Shown here piece after piece: positions 1-11,889 of a stretch of DNA of 64,000 nucleotides (position 1 is the stretch's first letter; each line of letters opens with the position of its first letter). The position numbers and the translations under genes are program-made. A model generated the notes under the pieces. It was not told the origin of the DNA and made no database searches. It was given only the letters and a program-made list of their open reading frames with translations. Origin of the DNA: Stegostoma tigrinum (Eukaryota); contig NC_081383.1 in assembly GCF_030684315.1 (NCBI RefSeq), forward strand, positions 19,451,942 to 19,515,941, in the 5' to 3' direction.

Positions 1-379
1 GGCATGTTATCTAATGATTAAACACCCACAAGCAGGAAATGATGATAAACAGGCCAAAGCAATAAACTAGAGCAATCAGTCCTAACACAACTGCTTTTAA
101 ATGTTAGTTATATATAGAATTTAGAAAGAGAATGACTTGTTAATGTTTCGGACTGCTTTTCATTCAAACTTGTGCTTCAGTTTAAACTCTCCCACAAAGC
201 AAATATTGCAGACGCTGAAGTGAACAAATTGCAGGAGCTATTCAGTGGAGCAAGTAACATCTGTGGAGAAAAAAGCTAATATTTGAGGGATGCAATCTTT
301 AAAGGAAAAAAAACTTTAAATATAACAGACATTAGAGGTTTTAATCAAGTAGAATTAGGCCAACCAAGATGGGTGATGG

Positions 380-1100
380 CAGGTGGGATTAAGTTTTCTT
401 CTCTCATTCACTTGCCTTGCCTCTTGGATGATGGGGCTGAATATAGGGCAGACTCATTAGCAATTATCATTGTCAAATGTAAGATGGGTAAGTTGCCAAA
501 AGCAGGTAAAGGGTCTAGAAACAGGTATTTGACAGAGGGCAAAAATCTGGCAGATTGAATTTAATGTGAATTTGTCTACTTTGGAAGGAAAAACGGAAAT
601 GTACCCACTATTTAAAACAGTGCAGGCAGAGATTGCCAAACTGTGTCTGTGTGACCTGTGATGCAAATCAAAACAAAAATCAGTTTGCAGCTCTGGCAAG
701 TGATTAGGGAGACAAATAGAATGGCAATTATTACAAGGGGAATGGAATACATAAGCAGGAACATTTTATTGCTGCAGGGCTTTGGTGAAACCATATCTCA
801 AATACATGTACACTTTTTTTCAAAAAAGTGTACAAGGTTCAATTGGCTCATTTCTGATATGAAGGGCTCATCTTACAAAGAAACGACTGAGCTGGGTGGG
901 CTAGTTCCTTCCAAGAACTTAGTAGAATGAGGGGATCTTATTGAAATATACAAGGCCATGAGTGAATTTGATACAGTGGATAGTTTTGGATAGGAAAATG
1001 GAATGGAGACCACAATCAGATCACGTATGATTTAATGGGAAAGGCAAAAGGAAAGGCCAAATGGCCTACTTCTGTTCCCAAATCCACATTCCCATGCTCC
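380..1100 (+). mobile_element. Degenerate CR1-type LINE 3' fragment
   Basis: Decayed RT C-terminal motifs (W.KIWQ..FNV, ..KANRM, Y.ERL..LGL) and a CR1-like tail (ggccaaatggcctacttctgttcc). Boundaries approximate. Confidence 0.65.
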
Positions 1101-2203
1101 TTCACTTACTAAAGCTTGTTACAGCTGATATTTTCCACACCTGAAACATTAACTCTGTATCGCTCTCTAGAGATGCTCTCAACATACTAACTATAGTCAG
1201 CATTTTTAGCTTTGTAAATACAGATGTCAGACCTCTTAGACCTCTCTCTAGTCAACATTTTTGAATGAATTGGATGGTTATCAATCTCCAAACTGAATTT
1301 GAAATCATTTCAACACATCACAAAAATCATGCTCATATGAACAAATGTCTCCATTCCTATACAGGATCATTGGCCATTTAAACCCTCATTCATGCTAGTC
1401 ACCTCCAGACCACTCAACATGAACTCAGCATACTCAAAAGACTTATTTATTGCACAACAAACCCAGTTCGACCATCACCTCTATCCACAAGACTCACATT
1501 AACATCCAGATTTTAACAATTTTATGTTACTCTCCTTATCGGCAAATACATTTACAGTCTAATCACCATTACTCCCACATCTGCAGGCCACCTTGTGTTT
1601 GTCTTTCCAGCCCAATGAGCAGCTGCCCTTTAACTCCATTTATTGATGATCTTGTTTTCTGGCTATGAGACTTCACACTCAAATCTCTCCCTCTCCCCCC
1701 AACCCACTCTTTTTCTGCTACAGACCCCACACTAAAATAGAAGCTTTCTTTTTTTAAAAAAGAAACATTCATAACATTTTTTTGGTTCATGTGGTTTCCC
1801 TGTCCCCAGGGTAGGGGTTATTGTTACAGTAAAAACTTATAAAATGCAATCATAATAGGTTGGCATTTACTTTACACTCTCTGCTGTCCCCTCCATCGAC
1901 AGCTAACATTGACATATAATAGAGCTAAACAATTTGCGGTGCATAACCACTGTTTTCTGATTGTAGTGCTTGCAGCGAATTTAAGAAATGGAACAGGCAA
2001 CTGGGTTTAAGTAGAAGTGATAACTGCTAATTTAGATACTCGAAGGAAAGGTGGGCAGAGTCAACTCTTGCACGTTGCACTCAATGTCACCAGCGGGTTA
2101 CAAAATTATGAGGTAGGTATTGGTTCCAATGTAACACCCCAGGACTGTTTTCATCCTCCCTGCTGAGCAAGTGAAATCCCTTTCAACCCATCCGACCCCA
2201 ATT

Positions 2204-2320
2204 CTGAGGAAGGGTCACCGGGCCCGAAACCTTAACTGTTTCTCCCCAACCCACCCCACCCCACCCCACAAATGTTGCCAGACCTGCTGAGCTTTTCCAG
2301 CAAGTTCTATTTTTGTTTCT
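2204..2320 (+). mobile_element. Short Penelope-derived element (family B) with hammerhead-like core
   Basis: CTGAGGA-AGGGTCACCGGGCCC-GAAAC at 2204-2230, then gccagacctgctgagcttttccagcaa, matching the copies at 13763, 48428 and 62112. Confidence 0.7.
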
Positions 2321-2344
2321 CGAGCAGCTTAGATTGCTCCTTAC

Positions 2345-2438
2345 CGTCGTTGCGCTTTGGGCCCTTCATGGTGAGCTCGGCTGCCTTCTCGGCCGGTTGT
2401 TTGGAGAGACACAGCAGCTCCTTCTCATTGTATCTCAT
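2345..2438 (-). CDS. PLEKHJ1: PH domain-containing family J member 1, first coding exon (downstream exons not found; likely left of window)
   Basis: Minus-strand translation MRYNEKELLCLSKQPAEKAAELTMKGPKRND matches the vertebrate PLEKHJ1 N-terminus (MRYNEKEL..LS.QPAE.AAEL.M.GPK). GTAAG donor at 2344-2340. Head-to-head with SF3A2 as in mammals. Confidence 0.95.
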
Positions 2439-2479
2439 GGTAGCTGGCAGAAAGGCCCCTTCCCCCTCGATATCACCCC

Positions 2480-3130
2480 TTCCCTCACCGAGGGGAGGGG
2501 GGGGGGGTGGATGTTAATGAGCAGTTCCTTGCCTTCAGACACAGCCACCACCCTGGACAAAGCTGCCCCACCTGGTGAGCGTTATCTCTGGAAGCGAAGG
2601 CCGAGCGGGAGGTGCGTGCCGTTGGTACAAAATCGCGATAAAGTCTGCGGCATATCTAAAAGTCAATAAACACGGGCACGCCCAATCTAGCGACAAATCA
2701 TGACTTCGAGCTGCGGCGGAGGCTGGCACTACGCGGCACACCGAGCGGCAGACGGAACAAAAACCGCACCTCACCCCAACGCTCGACCTCCCTCAGAATC
2801 CACCGCGTCTTCTTGTCAATAAAGTTATTGAAAAGCCCCACTTCCGGTGGTCCACGACCTTCTTCCGGTTTTTGGCGCATCGCGCCAGTGTTCTTTGTTA
2901 ATAAAGTTACTGATAACAGTAAGTTCCGGTGCGCCGCGACTTTCTTCCGGTCGGTTTTGGTGGCTGTTGGAGGCGTGTTCAGGTAGTCGCGGGGCTGATG
3001 GTTCGAGGCCGCTAGTTTATTGGTCCCTGGTAGCCGGAGCTTGGTGGGTCAGGCACAATATACCTTCGTCATGATGAATGTTCTTTCCCTCACTTCCCCC
3101 CCCCCCGGACCGGTTGTTAACCCGGCCATT
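2480..3130. promoter_or_regulatory. CpG-rich bidirectional promoter of PLEKHJ1/SF3A2
   Basis: High CpG density against a CpG-depleted background. Four TTCCGG ETS/GABP cores (2841, 2862, 2924, 2944), an E2F-type TTTGGCGC (2871-2878) and CCAAT at ~2682. No obvious TATA box. Confidence 0.85.
2945..2982 (+). other. SF3A2: Probable non-coding exon 1 of SF3A2 (start approximate)
   Basis: CAG|GTAGTC donor at 2983 just downstream of the ETS cluster. The first coding exon has an acceptor (8000-8001), so an upstream UTR exon is required. Confidence 0.5.
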
Positions 3131-3421
3131 TTCTGAGCTGGCCAAGGAACCTGAGGCCTGTGTTTCCAGGCTGTTTAATGCAACGTTTTCCTTTGTGTCT
3201 GCTTGTTTGTTCAATGGTAAAGCTGGAGCGATTGGGGTCAACTTTGTTCGGAGTGAGCTGAATAAGCAAAGTGCTTGGTCTGACTGAAACCAGGTTGAGA
3301 GTTTGTTTCCCCTTGACTTTTGGGTGGTGGTGTGAGGAGAAAGGTGGTTCGGCATAGAGGACCGAGTACCTAACACTGAGATGAGGAGAAGTTTTTACAA
3401 CAACGCACTTAATGGGTTAGA

Positions 3422-3555
3422 GATAGTGGGAACTGCAGATGCTGGAGAATCCGAGAATCTTTTTCTGATGAAGGGTCTAGGCCCGAAACATCAGCTTTTG
3501 TGCTCCTAAGATGCTGCTTGGCCTGCTGTGTTCATCCAGCTTCACACTTTGTTAT
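3422..3555 (+). mobile_element. 134-bp Penelope-derived mini-element (family A) with hammerhead core and 16-bp TSD
   Basis: Perfect direct repeat CACTTAATGGGTTAGA at 3406-3421 and 3556-3571. Core CTGATGA-AGGGTCTAGGCCC-GAAACATC at 3465-3492. Both ends match the ends of the 46032-48208 element. Confidence 0.9.
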
Positions 3556-3649
3556 CACTTAATGGGTTAGATTTTGAATCTTTAGAATTCTGTCTTGGAG
3601 TACTGCCTACAGTTTTGTTTTCCTATCCTGAGCAGGGGATAAATATTTT

Positions 3650-3760
3650 TTGATCAACTTGTTCAGAAATATTATGATGTACCTCTAGAGCATCAGAGGG
3701 ACTTTAACCCAGGCCTTCTGGTTCAGATGTAGGGTGTTTACCAGTATGTCACTCGACCCT
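3650..3760 (-). mobile_element. tRNA-derived SINE fragment
   Basis: Similar to 57705-57810 and 42120-42200, with a B-box-like GGGTTAAAGTCCC on the minus strand. Confidence 0.5.
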
Positions 3761-3769
3761 TCTGAAAAG

Positions 3770-4190
3770 GGGATGTACTTGCCATAGAAGGAGCACAATG
3801 GCAGTTCATCAAATTAATCCCTCCGACAGCATGTTTGTTATACCAGGGATTGAGGAGATTGGGTATATATTTCTTAGAGCTTTGAAGATTTGGAGTTGAA
3901 CTCATTGAAACTTACAGGACATGATAGGGTGAATATAGATAAGCTGTTTTCTCTGGATGTTAAACGAAAAATGAGGGGCCATAATCTCAGGATAAAGGAT
4001 GAGGTATTTGGACTAAACTAACAGGTGCTGTGTTATTAGGTATATTCAAGGTTAAGATTGATGGATTGTTGGTGTCTCACAAATTCCTGATATAGGATTT
4101 ATGAAGTTAAGGCAGAAAGTCAATGACATTTGTATTATGTGGTGGCCCAAGCTTAATGAACTGGGTGGTCTATTCCTTTTCCATACATTT
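3770..4190 (+). mobile_element. Degenerate CR1-type LINE 3' fragment
   Basis: Decayed LAIEG.Q..F..LIP and DLIETY motifs; CR1-like tail. Confidence 0.6.
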
Positions 4191-4968
4191 AGTTTAAGAG
4201 TAGTGGAAAATGTTTGTACTGCATATGTACATGAATGATGTAAGGAGGAATGTTTTTGTTAATATATATGCTTCCAAACACTTGTGTGGTGAGGGAATCT
4301 TCTTTATTTCTGACGACAGATTTTTGCTTCAGCTTTAACTACATTTCACAAGATTGATCACTGGTTGCATCTGTTCTATTCTGTAGTTTTTCCCAATGGC
4401 TTGAGTTGAAACATTCAGCACATCATCACAAATATTTATCTTTTTGTTCCTATGCCATGTGTGTTCCCAGAATGTTAATCTTCTACCAGTTTTTTAAAAT
4501 ATATATTGCCTGACCACAATTTCAGCTGTTAGTACCGTTACATTCTACCCAAGTATGCAGATAATGCCAACATTTGTGTCCTTGCTGTTTCCTTGATTTG
4601 ATGCTGCCCCTGTTTGGATGAGTGTGAATGGGTTAGAAACTTCTCTGGAATGATCTTAGCTGATGTTCTGACCCTTTGCGAAAAACTGAGTCTATCTCTC
4701 TTCAATTGCTCACCAAGGATCCACCATAAACAAGCTTGGTTTGCTGTTTGGAACAACTGACTTTGGCCTCGTTCCTAGTATCACTTGGGATCAGCTCATC
4801 TCCAAGTCTGAATATAGTAAATTTAACCTGCCCTCCAGTAGCTGAGCATGTAAGTGCTCAATATTTAAGTGAATTTTGAGACAACTCTGCATCTTTGAAG
4901 ATGTTATGCTTTTTGGATGAAGTATTAAACCAGGATGTGTTCAACAACAGCAACTTAGCATTTACATT

Positions 4969-5960
4969 GGGAACAGGAACAGACCATGTAACTAGTCAAG
5001 CCTGCATCACCATTCGTTTACTTCAACACCACTTCCCTGCACTATATTAGTACTGTTTGATATCATTAATTTCTGACTTGAATATCTCAAATTTTTTTTT
5101 AGTTTCCGAAGCCCCTGGGTAGAGAATTCCAATATTCATTACCCTCTGAGTGACAAGATTCATGCACGTCTTGATTTGAACTTAGCTTACCCTTCCTTAG
5201 TTTATGTCCCCTGGAATTATACTTACCAGCCAGATGAAACAGCTTCCCTGCCTTCTCGCATCCTGTAAGCATTATGTAAGTTTTAGTGAGTTCATCCCTC
5301 ATTTTGTCTTGAAACTTTAGAGAATGCAGATCCATCATCTTCAATCCATCATAGAAAAATTACACTACCCCAGGGATTAATCTAGTGAACCTCCATTCCC
5401 CTCCTGTTCTGGCATGCATATCCCTTTGTTAGATATGGGAATCAAACTGCACACTGTACTCCAGGTGAGGTCATGCAAAGGCTTTATTCAACTGCAGCAA
5501 GATATTTTTATTCCTGTTTTCAAGTCCCCTTATGATGGAGAGCCAGCATACCATATGCCTTCCTAGTTATTTGTTGAACCTGAATGCTAACTTGTAGGAT
5601 CTTTGGACATCCTCAGTTTCCAACCTCTCACCATTTAGGAAAAAGTCTGCTTTTCTGTTTTTGTTTCTCAATTAAAGCAAATAACTGCACATTGACTCAC
5701 ATTATTTTCCACCTGCATATTCTAGCCAATTCACTAAGTTTGTCTAAATTCTTCTTGAAGCCTTTCTTAGTCTGTTTCACAATGTACCCACCCAAATTGG
5801 TGTCATCAGCAAATTTTGAAATATGACAGTTGGTGCCTAAGCTGAAATTATTGGACTGAAAATAGCTTATGAACACAAGTCAATATAGTTTTGTGCATTA
5901 TTTAACAGCCTGCTTTCCTGAGCATGGTCTGTTAATTCCTACTCTCTGCTTTCTGTCTAT
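4969..5960 (-). mobile_element. CR1-type LINE 3' fragment
   Basis: Minus-strand ISKFADDTNLGG (antisense to the 5584 ORF), LEYSVQF and SRGHKL motifs. Confidence 0.75.
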
Positions 5961-5974
5961 TAAAAGCCCTGTCA

Positions 5975-6440
5975 ACCCTCTACAGTCCTCCTTGCTAACA
6001 TCTAGGGACTAATGCCAAAATTTTGGCACTACATTCTCAAACATTCACTCCCTCCACCCCCAACACACAGTTGCAGCAGTGTGTACTATCTACAAGATGC
6101 ATTGCAGAAATTCACCAAAGATCCTCTGACAGCACCTTCCAAACCCATGATAACTTCCATCTCGAAAGAGAAGGGCAGTAGATACACAAGAACACCACCA
6201 AGTTCAAGTTCCCCTCCAAGCCATTCACCATCCTGACTTGGATATACATTGATGTTCCTTCACAGTCACTGGGTCAAAATCCTGGAATTCCCTCCCCGAT
6301 GGCATTGTGGGTCAACCCACAATGATAGGCTACATCAGTTCAAGAAGGCAGCTCACCACCACCTTCTCAAGGGCAGCTAGGAATGGACAATAAATGCTGG
6401 CCAGCCTGCAGTGCCCACATCCCATAAAATGAATAAAAAA
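5975..6440 (+). mobile_element. Non-LTR retrotransposon 3' fragment (related copies at ~8740-9120, ~11180-11310, and ~40080-40170 on -)
   Basis: Recurrent tail ccaccaccttctcaagggcagctaggaatggacaataaatgctggcc...aataaaaaa, preceded by decayed HSLHH..VAAV...YKMHC coding sequence. Confidence 0.6.
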
Positions 6441-8034
6441 ACCCTCAAGTCCTGGTAACATCCTGGTGAATTTTTGGTTTATGTGTTCATAGGAAGCTAT
6501 GAAAATAATTGCTATTTTGTTCCAATGTAGTGTTCCTCCTCCAGAGTCCTTACAATTGGAATTACGCCAGCATTCTATTTCGTCAGCTTCACTCCAACTA
6601 CAACTTATATTAATGAGATTGGTGACCATCTCAGCATTTTACAAGGGGGAGAAATGAACAATGGAAGACTAGTAGTGCATTTGAACAGTTCAGTTTTCAT
6701 GAGGCTATAGGAAGCAGGTAGAGAAGTATGAAAAATTTCAAGGATGTGTACTAAGCAATTAGAATATATGTGTTGGGAGACAGAAGTAAAACCAATTTAA
6801 AGAAATGGATACCAATGGCTGGAGTGTAGTGTTACAGATTTCATAGATTAAAGAGAAGCTATACATGGATTGAATGAGTGGGGTAGGGCCTTTGAAATTG
6901 GCACAAGAAATCAATTCAGTTTAGTCAGGATGGACGTGATAATGGGCAGTGATGATTAGCTGAAGCTGATAGAGAGCTTGTGAGAATTAAATTTTTGGAG
7001 ATGCTTAACACATCAATGGACTATTTTAGTGTGAAGTAACAGTGTTATTTGGCAACCTGCAAGAAGGCAATGTATTGAAAGGGGAAGAATGGGTTCTAAT
7101 GGTGAGCTTAGAATTGATCAGACTAACTTGATCTTCACTGCAGGATTTACAGCTGGTGCCTGAATTTTGCAGGTGTGAGCAAACCTTCAGTTTGCACTTG
7201 TGGACTAATTTTACAATATATTCGTCATGGGTGCTAGGTTTTAACCCAAACCAGCCTCTTTATACTTTATTGTCCAAGCTCTGATGTTGCTTTTGGTTTC
7301 TAATTGTTGAGACTAATGTGGAGCTTATAACTATGGTTTCAGGACCTGTATTGAACTCTCAGCCCTGATTAATCAAATTGGTAAAGTATAAAAGTGAAGG
7401 AAAAGTAACAAGTCTGCACAAATGCTTCTTTGCTACCAGGAACTGGTTGAATCTTGCCAAACTGATTTAACACATAGCCGTAATAGTCAATCAGTTGGCA
7501 TCAACAAATATACTGGCTGGATTTAAAAACAGATCACAAGTGTGAAAAGGTAAAGTCTATGCATTACAACAGAGAATGGTATTTGCAAGTATGAAATATT
7601 TACTATGAATATTTTTCCAGCTCATAAAGCTGACGTTTCATTGTTAAAATCTATACCATATTTAAGATAGTGAAGTCTATAAGTTAATAACGTCAAGAAA
7701 TCTTTAGAATGTACTTGACCTTTTTGTAAAAACATGTGTATAAAAGAATTACACAGGTGATTCTGCAATCTGTCACTCCAACTGCAGAGCGATGCTCACA
7801 GCTAGTGGACCTCAGGACGTCAGAGGCCCTTGTCTGTCTTTTCCTGAGATGTACAATTGTCTGTGACATCGGATCATTCATGCAGTACTTCAAAAACATT
7901 CCTCATAAAGTTGCCATTTTGTGAAACAAACGATAAGTTTCTGTACAGAAAGTGAAACTGACTATTAATATATCTGCATTTTTGTTTTTAAACTCTTTCA
8001 GATTTTGTAAAAAGATACTCTTCATCAAATAACT

Positions 8035-8160
8035 ATGGATTTTCAACATCGACCAGGAGGGAAAACTGGCAGTGGAGGGGTTGCTTCCTCCTCTGAAAGC
8101 AATCGAGATCGAAGAGAACGGTTGAGACAGTTAGCTTTGGAAACCATTGACATAAATAAG
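8035..8160 (+). CDS. SF3A2: Splicing factor 3A subunit 2, coding exon 1 (exon begins 8002)
   Basis: MDFQHRPGGKTGSGGVASSSESNRDRRERLRQLALETIDINK, the highly conserved SF3A2 N-terminus; GT donor at 8161. Confidence 0.98.
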
Positions 8161-8250
8161 GTTAGTTTCTGAGTGCAATCAGTACCAGTAAATTCCTGCA
8201 AATCTCTCGGCATATTGAAATTTTATTACTATTCTCTTTCTAATTTTTAG

Positions 8251-8322
8251 GATCCCTATTTTATGAAAAATCACCTGGGTTCTTATGAATGTAAACTTTG
8301 TCTAACACTTCACAACAATGAG
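8251..8322 (+). CDS. SF3A2: SF3A2 coding exon 2 (U1C-type zinc finger, first half)
   Basis: DPYFMKNHLGSYECKLCLTLHNNE; AG/GT flanks; phase 0-0. Confidence 0.98.
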
Positions 8323-9920
8323 GTAAGTTTAGTTTTTTGTTGACACAAAAGTGGAAAATGTCTGCTGGGAGAGGGAGTTCATCTGGGCTTCAGATGGCAG
8401 TATAAGGCAATAAAGATCTTTATTTCTGTTGCCAGCTGTCAGCTACGTCCAAAGGCATTGTGAAAAATACTGCAACAGGTTCTGACAGTCTTGTCTTGGC
8501 CTCCCTTCTTTGTTACCTAGGACACGACACTCACTTTATGCACATTAGAAGAATAAAAGTCTGAGTGAGCCATTGTCGTTTTTGCTGTCAGATCTGAACT
8601 CTTCCAACCTAATGTTCAGATAGACAGGAATGTTATGAAATTGTTCTTGTGCTGTTGTTGGACTGGCATTGTTATCTTATTTGCTTAGAAATGCTACTGT
8701 AATTATTAAAGTTGAACAAAACAGGACAAAGCAGCTCATTATGACCCTGTCCACCACCTTCAACATTTGCTCGCATCCTCCATTGGTACACCATGATGGC
8801 ATCTACAGCAAAATGCATTCCAGCAATTCACCAAGAATGCTTTGGTAGCATCTTCAGAAATATAACCCTTATCATCTTGAAAAACAAGCAAAGTAGGTGC
8901 ATGTGAACATCATCACCTGCAGCTCTCCCTCTATGTCATGCTCGTTCTTCCTGCATCTCTAAAAATTATGAACTTGCTCAATAACAGTGTTTTGGCTGGA
9001 CCTATAAGCACATAGACTGCAGTGGTATTAGAGGCCGGCTCATCTATGTCACTTATTCAACTTCTTCAGTTGGGGATGAGCAATAAATACTACCCTTGCC
9101 AATGGCACCCACATCTCATGAGTAAGAAAATTAGGTAAACACTTAAACAAAAAACCTTTTACAGTAAATTTTAGTCGATAATTGAAACTCAAGCCAAGGT
9201 TGCATTTCGGATTTACGGTGCTATCTTTGAGCTGATGTGATTTATTTTTCAGTCAACAGTTTGAGGTGTAACATCAGGTGTAACATCTTTATTTTTTGCG
9301 TAATCTTATTTAAGCTAGCTGAGTTTGTATGTAATTAATTTTTCCATAATATTTTGCAACACATCTTCTAAAGTCACTTAATTCATTTTTATATGGTTGG
9401 ACTAAATTTCTATTACATCAAGACAAAAGTAATGCTGATAATGGGATGATTTCCCACAGAACATATGTGGATATTTAAATAGGTTTACATCAAATTCTTT
9501 AAGCTGGACACTTCTGTTTTCCACTAGTTTGGATGAGTCTAAATACTGCTTTAAGAACAAGATTATTGATGAACTTGCTTTTTGGAAATTGCATTGAAAA
9601 TAACTCAAATGCATTTGACATTCTCATCCTTAATATAGGGGTTTTATTGACCTGCCTGTTAGGACTTAAATTAGATCGAGTATTCAAAAGCAAATACAAA
9701 GCTTTAACCTACTGATCTTCCTCCCGGTACCACCAGCAATTTTTTCTTTTAAATCAGGTTTTCTCTCAAATAAAGTGTTGTATTCTTGGAACTATCTTTT
9801 ACATTTCTGATGTTGAGGTTTGTTCAGTTAATTTACCCAAGTTGCCTATCCTTTAATTGCATATAAAATTAGACTCTTTTAAAGTACTGTTTTAACTTGA
9901 TTTGAATTTTTCTTCTATAG

Positions 9921-9967
9921 GGAAGCTATTTGGCACACACACAAGGGAAAAAACATCAGACTAATCT
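9921..9967 (+). CDS. SF3A2: SF3A2 coding exon 3
   Basis: GSYLAHTQGKKHQTNL; tag acceptor and gtaagt donor; phase 0-2. Confidence 0.98.
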
Positions 9968-10002
9968 GTAAGTGTAAAATTATGTTTAATGTAAAAATAT
10001 GT

Positions 10003-10288
10003 GAGTTTTGAGAAGATTTGTAGCTCAGGTAGCTCTGGATGGGAGTTTGATCGCTAAGCTGGAAGGTTAGTTTTCAGATGTTTCGTCACCATTCTAGGTA
10101 ACATCATCAGTGAGCCTCTGACAAAGCGCTGGTGTTATGTCCCGCTTTCTATTTATAACCTTAACATATAAATAGAAAGCGGGACATAACACCAACGCTT
10201 CGTCGGAGGCTCACTGATGATGTTACCTAGAATGGTGACGAAACGTCTGAAAACTAACCTTCCAGCTCAGCGAGCAAACTCACATCCA
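10003..10288. mobile_element. Palindromic hammerhead-bearing mini-element (family C) with 12-bp TSD
   Basis: 123-bp inverted arms 10035-10157 and 10167-10289 with a 9-nt spacer. TSD GTAAAAATATGT at 9991-10002 and 10289-10300. Confidence 0.9.
10212..10249 (+). ncRNA. Minimal type I hammerhead ribozyme motif (intact core)
   Basis: CA-CTGATGA-T-GTTACC-TAGAAT-GGTGAC-GAAAC-GTC-TG: conserved core, 6-bp helix II, ACGT palindromic helix III and a GUC triplet (predicted cut after 10247). Confidence 0.8.
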
Positions 10289-11779
10289 GTAAAAATATGT
10301 TTTTGCAATTATTCTGTGTTCAGTTCCTTTATTTTAACAAATACTTGTCTCATTAGAAAAACATAAACTGTAAAATATGCAGGTCAATGCCATTAGTTGA
10401 GATTTTCTGTTTATATTGCAGCTGTTATCTGTCAAAACTTTTACTGCATTTGAATACTGCCTTCCATTTGAATAGAGTCTTCCATTCATTGATGCAAGGT
10501 TTTAAATATAAAATTTGGGGTTAAAAAAAGTCTTTGTTTCATTCTGTTAGCTCTTTCTCAGAAGGCCCTTTGAAGAAATATAGTGAGAGGTAGATGAGAG
10601 GAGTCAGTGCTGTTGTCAGATATATGAAAGATTTCAGAATTTGTGAAGAAAGTACCTGTTACCTCTATCCACAAGAAAGTTTCTTCTTGGTACTCAGCAG
10701 CCAAATGGATGTGCTAAAAAATATTCACACTCGTGGTAAACCTCTGAGAGTGCTAAAGCCTTCCAAATAAAACAGTGCTTTGAATGGAGCTTTGATGTCA
10801 GTGATGTTCATCCTACCAACTGGACGGTGCAACCATGTGCATTCTTGTTGCTTTACAGATTGTTGGGAGATTGGATTAAATGGCTTAGGGTGACTTGGTT
10901 CCCAGTGGAATAGTGCCTGGCTTTTACTCAACACATTCTCTCTCAAAGCAGCAATATTAAGAGTTTCTAATTTGAGGCATTATAGAGGAGTTTGAGGAGT
11001 TTCTATCCCACTGTGCTGCTGAGTCAGCCATCTATCACATTGTCTTATGGAAGGCCAGGGTTCTCAAGATGATTGTATCTTTGAACCTAGTTGTTTGTCT
11101 GTGGATTCCTTAGTGGCATGCTCAGCAACAAATAATGTAGCTTTACAACCCATTATGTAGAAGGATATATTTAAACCTTCCATAACAGCATTGTTAGTGC
11201 ACCTATATCAGACAGGTAGCAATTCAAGAAGTCAATTCACTCCCACCTTCTTGGGGATGGGCAGCAAATGCTAGTTTACCAGCAATGCCCAGATTCCATG
11301 AATTTTTTTTTTAAAAACTTGCTGTTCGTATATCCATCAGTTTCGGATGCAGATTTATTTTGCAATGGACTAACTCAGCCTAAGGAATAATCAACATTTT
11401 TTTAAAGCATGCTCAGTACCTTCAAATTCATATATTGTAAAACTAAATATTTAATTTATGGACACAGACAAACTGCTACTTTAAAATGTCAAACCATCAG
11501 TAATCACTTGCTATAGCTCTTTTTGAAATAATCATGCAGAATTGCATATTTAATTCCTAGTGAGTTCAAGCACTTGGATGCGATGCATAAATGGCCTATA
11601 CGTTTAATATATATAGACCTGTCAATCACCATGCAGTTGAGCACCAATTACACGATTTTGGTAAATGTGCTGGAATTGGTCACAATTGATCAAAAAAATG
11701 AACCAGCTATTATTATTAGGGGGTAGTCATCAAATCATGGGATTTCCAACAAATGGTCCATGTTGTGTTTTGAATACAG

Positions 11780-11889
11780 GGCACGACGAGCTGCAAAAGA
11801 GGCAAAGGAATCACCAGCACAGCCTGCCCCAGAGAAGGTTAAAGTGGAAGTGAAAAAGTTTGTGAAAATTGGCCGGCCAGGTTATAAAG
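11780..11889 (+). CDS. SF3A2: SF3A2 coding exon 4
   Basis: (L)ARRAAKEAKESPAQPAPEKVKVEVKKFVKIGRPGYK; phase 2-1. Confidence 0.98.

Noticed and set aside
1-2340. PLEKHJ1 exon 2 (expected V.KRRLVKLVVNFLFYF)
   Set aside because: Not found by eye. The SFYFSV stretch in ORF 1569-1790 lacks the motif and splice sites; the exon is probably outside the window.
10214-10250. TGATGA...CTGA as a C/D box snoRNA
   Set aside because: The motifs are only ~35 nt apart, sit inside a repeat, and are fully explained by the hammerhead core.
10003-10288. Palindromes as MITEs or pre-miRNAs
   Set aside because: Unequal arms, variable TSD lengths, solo arms elsewhere, ribozyme cores and the family A link to a Penelope ORF point to retro-origin. 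The stems are far longer than miRNA hairpins.
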